Of a stretch of 64,000 bases of DNA, positions 28,991 to 39,534 are shown piece after piece. Made by a program: the position numbers and the translations under genes. The stretch is from assembly GCA_963991985.1 (NCBI GenBank), contig CAXDRX010000007.1, positions 8,475 through 72,474 of the forward strand. Reading direction: 5' to 3'. Under the pieces are notes generated by a model. It worked only from the letters and a program-made list of their open reading frames with translations. It ran no database searches and was not told the origin of the DNA. Source of the stretch: an uncultured bacterium (lineage in GTDB: Bacteria; Bacteroidota; Bacteroidia; NS11-12g; UBA9320). Within the stretch, counting starts at the first letter, position 1. Each line of letters opens with the position of its first letter.

Positions 28991-31900
28991 ATGTCCAAAA
29001 AGCAAATGAACAAAGAATTTGGCCTCTCCTCTTGGTCTATTGCAAACAAAACAAGTGTCTACGTGATGGTAGGGATTGTTGTGATCATTGGTCTTCTCTC
29101 CTACACAACAATGCCCAAAGAAAGTTTTCCAGAAATAAAGCAACCCATCATTTATGTAAATACACCTTATTTCGGCAATTCACCCATAGACATGGAAAAT
29201 CTTGTTACCAGGCCAATTGAAAAGGAGCTAAATTCTATCAATGGAGTAAACAAAATAGAATCTACCTCGATACAAGATTATTCGGTAATTATTGTAGAGT
29301 TTGATTATGACATACCATCCGAAGAATGCTTGATGGACGTAAAAGATGCTGTTGACCGAGCAAAACCCGACCTTCCAAAAGACCTAACTGCTGAACCCAA
29401 TGTTTTTGAATTGGACTTTTCAGAAATGCCCGTAATGAATGTGAACATAAGTGGAGATTACTCTACAAAAGATCTGAAATTTTATGGTGAAAAAATACAA
29501 GAGGAAATTGAAAACCTATCAGAAATAAGTGAGGTAGATATCACAGGAACCAATGAAGAAGAAGTGGAAATTGGCGTAGATCGCTTGAAAATGGAAGCAT
29601 TACAAATTAGTTTTCAGGACATTGAAAATGCTGTCCGAGGCGAGAATGTCACCATGAGTGGTGGAGATATCAAAAGTATTGAAGGCAAAGACATTACAAG
29701 AAGAAATATTCGAATAGATGGAGAATTCGATAATTACGAAGACCTGCAAGATGTAATCATTAAAAATGAAAATCAAAACATTGTTTATTTACGAGATTTT
29801 GCGGAAGTTCATTTTGGGCAAAAAGAGCCTACTTCCTTTGCACGACTCAATCAAAACCCTGTTATAACTTTAGACATCAAAAAGAAAAGCGGATCAAATC
29901 TTATCAATGCTGCCCAAAAAATTCAAAACATCATTAGTGACGCCAAAAAAAGTTACTTACCAAAAGACCTTTCAGTAGTAATTACCAACGATCAATCAAA
30001 ATTTACCAAGATGATGGTCAACAATTTAGAAAATTCCATCATAATGGGGGTGATTCTTGTTGTTTTGGTGCTTATATTCTTTTTGGGTTTGAGAAATTCC
30101 CTATTTGTTGGTGTAGCAATACCCCTTTCAATGCTTATGGGTATTGCCATCCTAAATTTTGGAGGAAACACAATGAATATGATGGTTTTGTTCTCGCTCA
30201 TTTTGGCCTTGGGTATGCTTGTCGATAACGGAATTGTTGTGGTAGAAAATATCTATCGGCAAAGAGAATTGGGAAACAATCCCGACCAAGCGTCAAGGTA
30301 TGGGGTAGGCGAAGTGGCCAGCGCAATAATTGCCTCCACCGCTACCACCTTGGCAGCCTTTATCCCATTGCTTTTTTGGAAAAGTCTTATGGGAGAATTT
30401 ATGAAATTCCTACCCATTACCCTTATCATTGTGTTGGCCTCTTCTTTGTTTGTCGCATTGGTTGTAAACCCTGTGCTCGCCTCCGATTGGATGAAAGTTG
30501 GAGAAAGAAAAAAAACATCTTTGCGTTCCTACCTGCTGAAGCTATTTTTAGGACTTGCTTTAGGCACTGTTTTAAAAATTAGCGGAAATGATCTATTCGG
30601 TGGACTTTTCTTTGCGGGGGTTATTTTTAGCTCTCTTTACCGTTTCCTCATTGCTCCGGGAGGAGACTTATTTATGGCTAAGCTCATGCCCAAAATAGAA
30701 AATGCCTACGGCTCCCTATTGAAATATGCAGTTTCAGGATTTCGTCCTTTTGTATTTTTTGGTGGGACTTTTGTTTTGTTTTTTGTTGTTATGGGTTTTT
30801 ATGGTGCAAATCCGCCACCTTTTGTGTTTTTCCCAGAGAATGAGCCACAATACGTAAATGCATACATAGAAGCTCCGTTAGGCACTGATATTCAAAAAAC
30901 AAATCAAATTACCAATGCCCTTGAAAAACGCATCATAGAAAAAATTAAACCATATCAAGACAAGGGAGTCATTGAAGCTGTTTTGGCACAAGTAGGAGAA
31001 AAAACTGCTGATCCTAATGAAGGACCACAAAGTGGAAGCTCGCCACACAAAGCAAGAATTACTGTATCTTTTTTAGAATTTGAAAAAAGAGCCTTGATGG
31101 GTTTTAAAACATCTACAAGCCAAATTATGTCTGAAATCAAAGAAGCATGTAAAGACTTTCCTGAAGCCAACATAACTTTTGCCAAAGACAATATGGGACC
31201 ACCTGTGGGCAAACCGATCAATGTAGAGGTGACCGGAGAAAACTATTTGATACTCATTGAACAAGTCGAGATACTCAAGAAAAAAATGGAATTGGCCAAC
31301 ATTGAAGGCGTAGATCAATTGAAAACAGATTTGGAGCTTGGCAAACCCATGCTAGAAATTCAAATCAATCGTGAAGCGGCAAGGAGGTATGGACTAAGTT
31401 CAGGGCAAATTGCTTCCACCATTCGCACAGCCTTGTTGGGAAAAGAAATTTCCAAATACAAGCTCAATGAAGATGATTATGAAATCAACTTACGCCTTCA
31501 AGGAGACTATCGATATAACTTGAGTAATCTCATGGGGACAAAAGTCACCTTTCGGAACACCATGGGTAAACTGGTACAAGTACCCATATCTGCAGTATCG
31601 ACCGTGAATTTTAAATCGACTTACGGGACGGTAAAAAGAAAGGATTTGGAAAAAGTCATCACCATATTCTCAGAAGTGGAAGAAGGATATAACGCAAACC
31701 AAATTGTCGCAGAATTCAAAGATTTGCTACAAGATGTACAACTCAAACCCGGATATTCCTTCAAATTTACAGGAGAACAAGAAGAACAAGGCGAATCCAT
31801 CGCATTTTTAATGTCTGCAATGCTCCTTGCTGTTTTTCTAATTTTTTTAATTATTGTTACGCAATTCAATTCATTTTTAGGCCCATTCATCATTATACTT

Positions 31901-32419
31901 TCCGTCGTGTTCAGTACGATGGGCGTCTTCTTAGGATTTTCTCTTACTCAAATGCCTTTTTCAGCTATGATGTCAGGTATTGGGATTATTTCATTGGCAG
32001 GGATTGTAGTTAATAACGCAATTGTGCTCATTGATTATACCAACCTTTTGCGCAAAAGGAAAAGAATTTCCTTACAAATTGGCGACGAGAAAAGTTTGCC
32101 GAAAAGCGAAATACAAAATACAATTATTGAGGCAGGTAGAACAAGGCTTCGACCGGTTTTACTGACAGCCATTACAACAATTTTGGGCCTTGTTCCATTG
32201 GCCATGGGCATGAACATCAACTTTGTTTCACTGCTCACAAAGCTCAATCCAGAATGGTATACTGGAGGAACCAATGCAGAATTTTGGGGACCCATGGCTT
32301 GGGCAGTTATATTTGGACTGGTTTTTGCCACTTTTCTTACCTTAATTATCGTACCGGTAATGTATTTGCTTGGCGATAACTTGGTATTGTACATAAAAAA
32401 ATTCAACAAAAACAATTGA
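28991..32419 (+). CDS. Efflux RND transporter permease subunit (AcrB/HAE1 family)
   Basis: 1142 aa, 12 TM segments with two large periplasmic loops; conserved ...GLMLDNGIVVVENI... and ...VVNNAIVLIDY... motifs. Confidence 0.95.
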   Translation: MSKKQMNKEFGLSSWSIANKTSVYVMVGIVVIIGLLSYTTMPKESFPEIKQPIIYVNTPYFGNSPIDMENLVTRPIEKELNSINGVNKIESTSIQDYSVIIVEFDYDIPSEECLMDVKDAVDRAKPDLPKDLTAEPNVFELDFSEMPVMNVNISGDYSTKDLKFYGEKIQEEIENLSEISEVDITGTNEEEVEIGVDRLKMEALQISFQDIENAVRGENVTMSGGDIKSIEGKDITRRNIRIDGEFDNYEDLQDVIIKNENQNIVYLRDFAEVHFGQKEPTSFARLNQNPVITLDIKKKSGSNLINAAQKIQNIISDAKKSYLPKDLSVVITNDQSKFTKMMVNNLENSIIMGVILVVLVLIFFLGLRNSLFVGVAIPLSMLMGIAILNFGGNTMNMMVLFSLILALGMLVDNGIVVVENIYRQRELGNNPDQASRYGVGEVASAIIASTATTLAAFIPLLFWKSLMGEFMKFLPITLIIVLASSLFVALVVNPVLASDWMKVGERKKTSLRSYLLKLFLGLALGTVLKISGNDLFGGLFFAGVIFSSLYRFLIAPGGDLFMAKLMPKIENAYGSLLKYAVSGFRPFVFFGGTFVLFFVVMGFYGANPPPFVFFPENEPQYVNAYIEAPLGTDIQKTNQITNALEKRIIEKIKPYQDKGVIEAVLAQVGEKTADPNEGPQSGSSPHKARITVSFLEFEKRALMGFKTSTSQIMSEIKEACKDFPEANITFAKDNMGPPVGKPINVEVTGENYLILIEQVEILKKKMELANIEGVDQLKTDLELGKPMLEIQINREAARRYGLSSGQIASTIRTALLGKEISKYKLNEDDYEINLRLQGDYRYNLSNLMGTKVTFRNTMGKLVQVPISAVSTVNFKSTYGTVKRKDLEKVITIFSEVEEGYNANQIVAEFKDLLQDVQLKPGYSFKFTGEQEEQGESIAFLMSAMLLAVFLIFLIIVTQFNSFLGPFIIILSVVFSTMGVFLGFSLTQMPFSAMMSGIGIISLAGIVVNNAIVLIDYTNLLRKRKRISLQIGDEKSLPKSEIQNTIIEAGRTRLRPVLLTAITTILGLVPLAMGMNINFVSLLTKLNPEWYTGGTNAEFWGPMAWAVIFGLVFATFLTLIIVPVMYLLGDNLVLYIKKFNKNN

Positions 32420-33492
32420 GCATAATGAGAAAAAAAAGCTATTCATTCCTAGAAAAATACTTAAACGCCAATGCTCCCGTTGGTTTTGAAATAACTGGTC
32501 AAAAGATTTGGATGGACTACCTAAAGCCTTTTGCAGATGATTTCTTGATTGACACCTACGGGTCAGTCGCAGCAATTATTAATCCCGAAAAAAAATACAA
32601 AGTAGTCATTGAGGCCCATGCCGATGAAATTTCATGGTTTGTCAATTACATTTCTCCAGAAGGATATATTTATGTTCGAAGAAATGGAGGATCTGACCAT
32701 CAAATTGCCCCTTCCATGAGGGTTGATATTCATGGCCAAAAGGGAATCATCAAAGGGGTTTTTGGCTGGCCGGCAATTCACATTCGCATGCAAGGAAAAG
32801 AGGCTGCACCCACAATGAAAAATATTTTTGTTGATGTAGGGGCAAAAAACAAAGAAGAAGTAGAAGAAATGGGTATCCACGTGGGGACCGTGATCACCTT
32901 TGAAGCCAATACCATGAGGTTAGGAAAAAAGTACATCACTGGAAGAGCTTTGGACAATCGAGCAGGAGGATTTATGATCGCAGAAGTAGCAAGGAAAATA
33001 AAAGAAAACAAAGACAAAATTCCTTTCAGTTTGTACGTTGTAAACGCAGTTCAAGAAGAGGTAGGACTCCGGGGAGCAGAAATGATGTCCAGAAGAATCA
33101 AACCAGATGTCGCCATTGTTACAGATGTTACTCACGACACGACATCGCCCCCCTACGATCGTAAAGAACAAGGCGAGCAAATTTGTGGGAAAGGCCCTGT
33201 GCTTACCTATGGACCAGCAGTGCACAACAAACTATTGAATCAAATTATTGAAGTAGCAGAAAAAAATAAGATACCTTTCCAGAGGGCTGCAGCAAGTAGA
33301 TTTACCGGAACCGATACCGATGCCTTTGCTTACTCCGATATTGGTCTACCCTCTGCCCTTATTTCTCTACCTTTGAAATATATGCATACAACAGTAGAAA
33401 CCGTACATGAAGACGACATAGAGAATGTCATCAACCTTATCTACCGGAGTGTGCTAAGCATCTCAGAAAATCAAAATTTTAATTACTTTTAA
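32416..33492 (+). CDS. M42-family metallo-aminopeptidase (FrvX/glutamyl aminopeptidase-like)
   Basis: MRKKSYSFLEKYLNANAPVGFEITGQKIWMDYL N-terminus typical of M42; metal ligands HADEI, D, EE, H; 358 aa. Confidence 0.8.
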   Translation: MSIMRKKSYSFLEKYLNANAPVGFEITGQKIWMDYLKPFADDFLIDTYGSVAAIINPEKKYKVVIEAHADEISWFVNYISPEGYIYVRRNGGSDHQIAPSMRVDIHGQKGIIKGVFGWPAIHIRMQGKEAAPTMKNIFVDVGAKNKEEVEEMGIHVGTVITFEANTMRLGKKYITGRALDNRAGGFMIAEVARKIKENKDKIPFSLYVVNAVQEEVGLRGAEMMSRRIKPDVAIVTDVTHDTTSPPYDRKEQGEQICGKGPVLTYGPAVHNKLLNQIIEVAEKNKIPFQRAAASRFTGTDTDAFAYSDIGLPSALISLPLKYMHTTVETVHEDDIENVINLIYRSVLSISENQNFNYF

Positions 33493-33496
33493 TTTT

Positions 33497-35620
33497 TTGA
33501 AAAATGTTTTCTTACTCATACTGTCACTTTCCCTTATCCGATTGGGTGCACAAGCGCCCTCCATTGGTTCAGCTGGACTAACGGTTGCAAAACTGGGCTG
33601 CGACGAAATAGAGATTTCTTGGACCAAAGGTAACGGGGCGGGAAGATTGGTTGTAGTTCAAGAAGGAAAACAAATAACAAGCAAACCTACGGACAATACT
33701 TTTTATATCCCAAATGAGAAATTTGGATTCGGAGATTCTTTGGAAAACCACTCTGCTTTTGTAGTGTACAATGGTTCAGGGAACTCCACCAAAATAAGTA
33801 ATCTGCGCCACAACACACGTTATTTCATAAGCATTTTTGAATTCAATGGAGCTGGGGCAATTTTTTGGTACAATACAAGGGATATAGCAAAAATTGACAC
33901 AACAACTTACTTTTTGAAAGCTGATTTTGAGATTGACCAACCCTATCAGTGTCTTGAGGGAAATCAGCTCAATTTCACCAACAAAACAAATTACAACGGT
34001 CAAGACATCATTTATTACAATTGGCTTTTAGGGGACGGAAATGTTTCCCAAGCAAAAGATATTTCCTACCGCTACAAGAATGCAGGGATTTATCAAGTTA
34101 AATTGGAGGCCCAAGCAGCCGGGTGCATCCATTCGGTGGAAAAAAATGACACCTTAGTGCCAAAACCAGAAATTTCTTTCAAGCTAATTCCAAACCTCGC
34201 CGGCAATGATTCAGTGCAATGTTTCCCAGGGAATCAATTTCAGTTTTTGCCAAAAGTTAAGTTTAAAAATTTAGGGGTTTCAAGCAACCAATATGCCTGG
34301 TATTTTGGAGACGGAAACAACTCTGGAGAAGGGAAAGCCATACATGAATACAAGGATACTGGAACATACGAGGTGTTTTTGATTGTTCAAGGAACTTGGA
34401 ACAACAAAGGATATTGTGCAGATACATTTGGTGCTTATTATAAAGTTACATCCGGACCTTTAAACGCCGATTCAGTTGTTTTTTCTGATACTGCCTTGTG
34501 TTTTAAAAACAATCAATTTGACTTTCAACATCTGGCACCAAGACCGGGCATAACAAATACTTGGTTTTTTAGCTCCACAGATTCGGTAGTTGGGAATTTA
34601 GCCTCATGGAGCTACCCAAAACCAGGCAGATATCAGGTGAAGTTAATTGCGCAAGAAAATAAGTATTGCCGTGATAGTTTTCTGGACTCTGTTGAAGTTT
34701 TTATGCAGCCAAACAATTTTTTCGTAGGTCTAGATTCTGAATATTGTCAATCCAACCAAAGCGTTTTTTTGTCTCCTAATCTGGGTGGAGGACTGTTTGT
34801 CGGAAAAAATGTAAATGCTCTAGACTCTAGTTTCATGCCACAAGACACAGGTGTTTTTCATATTTCATACATCTATACACTCGGAAATTGCAAAGACACA
34901 TTTGTAGAAAAGACCACTGTTTTTTCAAGACCAAAATTTTACTTCCCCTCAGACACGAGCTTATGCGAAAATGATAGCCTCGAGATTTCAATAAAAAATA
35001 TGGGGGATGTTTTTTGGGGAAATGGACTTCAAGATACCACAAGAAATATAAAAAACAGCGGTACTTATTCCATTACTGTTTTTGATAAAAATGGAAAATG
35101 CAAAACACAAGATAGTTTTACACTGAAAAAAATTGCTGTCCCATTATTTAGATTAGGTCAAGACACCACCTTGTGTTCCTTGAACAATTTTTTATTGGGG
35201 GTCTCAGAAAATATTACGGAAAATACTTATTTGTGGAATACCGGAAGTCAAAAGCCAACCATCATTCCAAGCAGTGCCGGAAATTACACCTTAACCATAA
35301 GCAATGTTTGCGGTTCATTTTCTGATGATATAACCATAGATGTAAATCGAAACTTATGTAACATCTCTTATCCAAGCGCCTTTTCGCCAAATAATGATGG
35401 AATAAACGATGGATTTAAAATCAATGGAAATTTCCAACCAATTCAATTTACCATTTACAATCGGTGGGGAGAACGTATACATGAAAATGCGAGTGCATTT
35501 TGGGATGGAACCATAATGAACAGAGTGGGAAGCTCAGGGATGTATTTTTTTATTTTGATTGCTTTGGATCGTGAGGGCAAAAAAATAGCACTGAAGGGTT
35601 CCGTATACCTCATCAATTAG
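33497..35620 (+). CDS. Secreted PKD-repeat protein with a T9SS type-B (gliding-motility-associated, CHU_C) C-terminal domain
   Basis: Signal peptide; at least two PKD motifs (W/YxxGDG...Y..G.Y.V.L); C-terminal YPSAFSPNNDGINDGFKINGNF...FTIYNRWGERIHE...WDGT....GMYFFIL matching type-B CTD. Confidence 0.8.
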   Translation: MKNVFLLILSLSLIRLGAQAPSIGSAGLTVAKLGCDEIEISWTKGNGAGRLVVVQEGKQITSKPTDNTFYIPNEKFGFGDSLENHSAFVVYNGSGNSTKISNLRHNTRYFISIFEFNGAGAIFWYNTRDIAKIDTTTYFLKADFEIDQPYQCLEGNQLNFTNKTNYNGQDIIYYNWLLGDGNVSQAKDISYRYKNAGIYQVKLEAQAAGCIHSVEKNDTLVPKPEISFKLIPNLAGNDSVQCFPGNQFQFLPKVKFKNLGVSSNQYAWYFGDGNNSGEGKAIHEYKDTGTYEVFLIVQGTWNNKGYCADTFGAYYKVTSGPLNADSVVFSDTALCFKNNQFDFQHLAPRPGITNTWFFSSTDSVVGNLASWSYPKPGRYQVKLIAQENKYCRDSFLDSVEVFMQPNNFFVGLDSEYCQSNQSVFLSPNLGGGLFVGKNVNALDSSFMPQDTGVFHISYIYTLGNCKDTFVEKTTVFSRPKFYFPSDTSLCENDSLEISIKNMGDVFWGNGLQDTTRNIKNSGTYSITVFDKNGKCKTQDSFTLKKIAVPLFRLGQDTTLCSLNNFLLGVSENITENTYLWNTGSQKPTIIPSSAGNYTLTISNVCGSFSDDITIDVNRNLCNISYPSAFSPNNDGINDGFKINGNFQPIQFTIYNRWGERIHENASAFWDGTIMNRVGSSGMYFFILIALDREGKKIALKGSVYLIN

Positions 35621-36570
35621 GCAAGACCAATTTCTCTCAGCCTTTGCATCAAATAGTCTCCGGCCAGGATATCAGAATATTTTTTTGGGTTTTCCTTGTC
35701 AATACAATTTTCAAGACAATTGAGTGGCATGTTGGCCACAGGATGCAAGAAAAAAGGGATGGAATATCTGGGCTTGCCCCAGTTTTCTTTGCTTGGATTC
35801 ACCACCCTGTGGGTTGTGCTCTTCATTTTATTGTTGGTCAATCTTTGCAACATATCACCTACATTCACAACCAATTCCCCATCCCCTGAGGTAATGGGTT
35901 TCCATTGATTGTTTTTGTCAAGAATTTCCAATCCTTCAGAAGAAGCTCCCATCAGCAGAGTAATTAAATTTATGTCTTCATGTTGGCCCGCCCGGACAGC
36001 AGATTTAGGATCTTTGGTGAGAGGAGCGTAATAAATTGGTCGTAAAATACTATTTCCATAATCCACATAAGCGTCAAAAAAATGTGCATCAACATTGAGA
36101 TAATTGGCAATTGCTTGAAGAAGTATCTTTCCTGTTTTTTCCAAATGTTGAAAAGCAATTTTGCCAATTTCATTGAAGGCGGGAATTTCTTCGACCACAA
36201 TGTTGGAAGGATAAGCAAATTTGTTTTTCATTTCCTTTGGCAAATATTGACCAAAATGCCAAAATTCTTTTAAATCCCCCTGGCTCTTGTCTTTGGCGTG
36301 TTCCACTCCAAAGGGAGTAAATCCTCTTTGACCTGCAAGATCTTCTTCCCAATATTTCATCTTGGTATTTAAAGGCAAATCAAAAAAACGTTTTACCTCT
36401 TGATACAACTCTTGGGCAATGCTACCATTGAGATGATGGTTCTTTATTGATACAAAGCCAATATTTTCGAATGCTTCTCCCAGCATTTTAACAAACTCAT
36501 CCTGTTCCTTGGGTGAACCATTGGCAAATACATTCAGATCTAAAAGGGGAATCGTTTCGGAAGAACTCAT
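35617..36570 (-). CDS. 2-oxoglutarate/Fe(II)-dependent oxygenase (isopenicillin-N-synthase-like superfamily)
   Basis: DIOX_N-like N-terminus (IPLLDL...GFVSIKNH) and C-terminal HxD...H...R facial triad region (GQHEDINLITLL...THRV); 317 aa. Confidence 0.7.
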   Translation of the reverse strand: MSSSETIPLLDLNVFANGSPKEQDEFVKMLGEAFENIGFVSIKNHHLNGSIAQELYQEVKRFFDLPLNTKMKYWEEDLAGQRGFTPFGVEHAKDKSQGDLKEFWHFGQYLPKEMKNKFAYPSNIVVEEIPAFNEIGKIAFQHLEKTGKILLQAIANYLNVDAHFFDAYVDYGNSILRPIYYAPLTKDPKSAVRAGQHEDINLITLLMGASSEGLEILDKNNQWKPITSGDGELVVNVGDMLQRLTNNKMKSTTHRVVNPSKENWGKPRYSIPFFLHPVANMPLNCLENCIDKENPKKYSDILAGDYLMQRLREIGLA

Positions 36571-36600
36571 GAGAGCAAAAATAAATTTTGGCCAATAATT

Positions 36601-38397
36601 TCAAACGGATTTATGGAAGTAATCAAAAATGACTTTTGCCTTAGAGGGACCAACCACTGATGCAATCTCTTCTCGTTTGGCTTCTCTTATTTTTTTCATG
36701 GATCGAAATTTTCGTAGCAATGTGTCTAAGGTTATTTTTCCAATTCCCGGCAATTCATTCAACTCATTTTTTAAAAAATCAGCACTTCTCTTGTTCCGAT
36801 GGTTTTTTAGTCCAAAACGATGAGCCTCGTCCCGAAGTTGTTGGATAAGTTTTAGCGATTCCGACTTTTTGTTTAGATAAGCTGGAAGAGGGTCATTCGG
36901 AAAATAAATTTCCTCTAATCTTTTTGCAATGCCTATCAATTGAATGTGCTTGTGTAGACCCAAAGATTCCAAAGCTTTATAAGCCGCACTTAATTGGCCT
37001 TTACCGCCATCAACCACAACCAATTGAGGCAATTTCTTGGATTCAGACAACAATCGCTTGTACCTTCTTCCTATTGCTTCTTCCATCGAAGCAAAATCAT
37101 TGGGTCCTTGAACCGATCGGATGTTAAAAAACCTATATTCTTTTTTGCTGGGTTTGGCATTTTTAAAGACAACACAAGCAGCAATGGGTTGATGCCCTTG
37201 AAGATTTGAATTGTCAAAACATTCAATATGCGTCGGCAGTTGATTCGTATTGAGATCTTTTTGAAGTGCTTTAAGAATGCGTTGCGATTTATGGACAGGT
37301 TCCAAAAGGTCCTGCTGCTTCTTATCTTCATGGATATAATGCAATAAATTCCTTTTGCTTATTTGTATGAGTTTTTTTTTATCGCCGCTTTTTGGAACAT
37401 GGCATACGATGTTTTCCAAAGACCATTCGATAGGTTTTTCTAAAAAAATCTGGGTATGCGTGCTTCTCATCTGTTTTCTCATCTCCACAATTGTCTGCCC
37501 AATGGCCAATTCATTGTCTACCCCAGAGAGCTTGTATTTACTGTTTTTGGATTGAACGATCATACCATTTGCCACCGACAACATATTTACAAAAAGATAT
37601 TTTTCTTCCAGTTGAAAAGAAAAGACATCTACATTACTTATTCGCTCGTTAACCACCATGCTGCGGTATTGATACGTTTTCAGTCGCTCAAGACGCTTTT
37701 TATACTCGTCAGCCTCTTCAAAACGAAGATTTTTAACGGCTTGATTTAGCATGTTTTGAAGATGTCGTTTTACCTCAGACAAGTTTCCTCTAAGCAAATG
37801 TTTGATTTGTTTTATAGACTCCATGTAGTCCTCTTCACTTTGCTTGTTTTCGCAAGGCCCCAAGCAATTGCCAATTTGAAATTCAAGACATATCTTAAAT
37901 TTTTGAGCTTCTATATTCTTTTCAGAAAGATGTAAATTACAAGTTCTGATGGGGTACAATTGTTTGATCAAGTCCAAAATCACCCGCATAAATTTAGCGG
38001 ATGTGTAAGGACCAAAATATTCTGACCCATCTTTGGTAGGATTTCTAATGGGAAAAACCCGTGGGAATCGTTCATTGGTAATCTTAATTAAAGGAAAAGA
38101 CTTATCGTCTTTTAAATTGATGTTGTAACGAGGTTGAAACTCCTTAATCAAGCTATTCTCGAGCAACAAGGCATCCATTTCTGTCTCAACAATGGTATAT
38201 CCAATATTCTCGATCTTTCCCACCATCACGGCAGTTTTTCCTCGATCCATTTTTGTTTTGGAAAAATAACTATAAACCCTATTTCTTAGTTTTTTCGCTT
38301 TACCCACATAGATCAATTCGTCTGTTTGGTTGTAAAATTTATAAATGCCCGGTGTGTTGGGAAGCATTTTGAGTTTTTGTTTCAATTCTTCTTTCAT
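36601..38397 (-). CDS. uvrC: Excinuclease ABC subunit C
   Basis: GIY-YIG N-terminus (PGIYKFYNQTDELIYVGKAKKLRNRVYSYF); UvrBC-interaction region; RNase H-like endonuclease and (HhH)2 C-terminus; 598 aa. Confidence 0.95.
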   Translation of the reverse strand: MKEELKQKLKMLPNTPGIYKFYNQTDELIYVGKAKKLRNRVYSYFSKTKMDRGKTAVMVGKIENIGYTIVETEMDALLLENSLIKEFQPRYNINLKDDKSFPLIKITNERFPRVFPIRNPTKDGSEYFGPYTSAKFMRVILDLIKQLYPIRTCNLHLSEKNIEAQKFKICLEFQIGNCLGPCENKQSEEDYMESIKQIKHLLRGNLSEVKRHLQNMLNQAVKNLRFEEADEYKKRLERLKTYQYRSMVVNERISNVDVFSFQLEEKYLFVNMLSVANGMIVQSKNSKYKLSGVDNELAIGQTIVEMRKQMRSTHTQIFLEKPIEWSLENIVCHVPKSGDKKKLIQISKRNLLHYIHEDKKQQDLLEPVHKSQRILKALQKDLNTNQLPTHIECFDNSNLQGHQPIAACVVFKNAKPSKKEYRFFNIRSVQGPNDFASMEEAIGRRYKRLLSESKKLPQLVVVDGGKGQLSAAYKALESLGLHKHIQLIGIAKRLEEIYFPNDPLPAYLNKKSESLKLIQQLRDEAHRFGLKNHRNKRSADFLKNELNELPGIGKITLDTLLRKFRSMKKIREAKREEIASVVGPSKAKVIFDYFHKSV

Positions 38398-38486
38398 CGA
38401 GCGCGCGGGCTAATATACACCCAAAAACCAAAAAGGAATGGGCATCTCCCGTCACATTTCGTATTTTCGGATCATCAAAAAGAAGC

Positions 38487-39437
38487 ATGCAAAACAAACT
38501 GCTTGTTGTAGATCAAGTGCATCCAATATTTTTTCAGAAGTTGAAAAATCATAATCTCCTTTTAGAAGATGTGCACAAATTGGCTGATGCCAAGATCCAA
38601 TCCCTAATGCCAACTTGTTCCATATTGGTTTTGAGAAGCAGATTTAAAATCAATACGGATTTTTTGTTGCACGCGCCCCATCTGAAGTTAATCGTTCGGG
38701 CAGGTTCCGGGATGGACAACATAGACATGGAGGCATGCACAAAAGCTGGCGTCATTTGTCTAAATACACCCGAAGGAAATCGTGACGCTGTTGCTGAACA
38801 TGCCCTCTCTCTTTTATTGGCTTTACATACCAAAATTGTATCTGCCAATTTGGAAGTAAATCAGGGAATATGGGACAGAGAGGGAAACCGAGGACATGAA
38901 ATAAAAGGAAAAACTTTGGGCATCATTGGTTATGGAAATTGTGGCTCTGCCTTAGCAAAAAAGGTAAGCGGTTTGGGTATGAATGTGTTGGCTTATGACA
39001 AGTATTTTCCAAACTTTTCGGATCCATTTGCCAAAAGTGTTTCTTTGGAGGTTTTGCAAAACCTATCCGACATTGTCAGTTTGCATATCCCATTGAATAA
39101 TGAAAATGAGCACTTTGTGAATTATAAATGGATCAAAAATTTTAAAAAAAACATTGTACTGCTCAACTTATCTCGTGGCAAAATCATGAGAACCCAAGAC
39201 ATATTAGATTCCCTAAAAGAGGGCAAAATCAGAGCATTTGCCACTGATGTCTTGGAAAACGAAAATTTTTCTTCCTTCAATGACGATGAAAAAAATCAGA
39301 TCAACCAATTGCAAAACAATGAAAATGTTTTGCTCACCCCTCATATTGCTGGTTGGACCTTCGAATCTTACCAAAAAATTGGAGAAATCATGGCAAACAA
39401 AATCATGAATCACCTCGAATCGATAGAAAAGAATTAA
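38487..39437 (+). CDS. D-isomer-specific 2-hydroxyacid dehydrogenase (phosphoglycerate dehydrogenase-like)
   Basis: NAD-binding GIIGYGNCGSALAKKVSGLGMNVLAYD; catalytic R/E/H in the C-terminal half; 316 aa. Confidence 0.85.
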   Translation: MQNKLLVVDQVHPIFFQKLKNHNLLLEDVHKLADAKIQSLMPTCSILVLRSRFKINTDFLLHAPHLKLIVRAGSGMDNIDMEACTKAGVICLNTPEGNRDAVAEHALSLLLALHTKIVSANLEVNQGIWDREGNRGHEIKGKTLGIIGYGNCGSALAKKVSGLGMNVLAYDKYFPNFSDPFAKSVSLEVLQNLSDIVSLHIPLNNENEHFVNYKWIKNFKKNIVLLNLSRGKIMRTQDILDSLKEGKIRAFATDVLENENFSSFNDDEKNQINQLQNNENVLLTPHIAGWTFESYQKIGEIMANKIMNHLESIEKN

Positions 39438-39534
39438 TAAAAATTTAACTTTGAAGGACTAAATTCAAAGATTTCCCTTGAAATTTACATTTTTAAAGGC
39501 AATTATTGAAAACTAAATTTTCGAATATTATTTT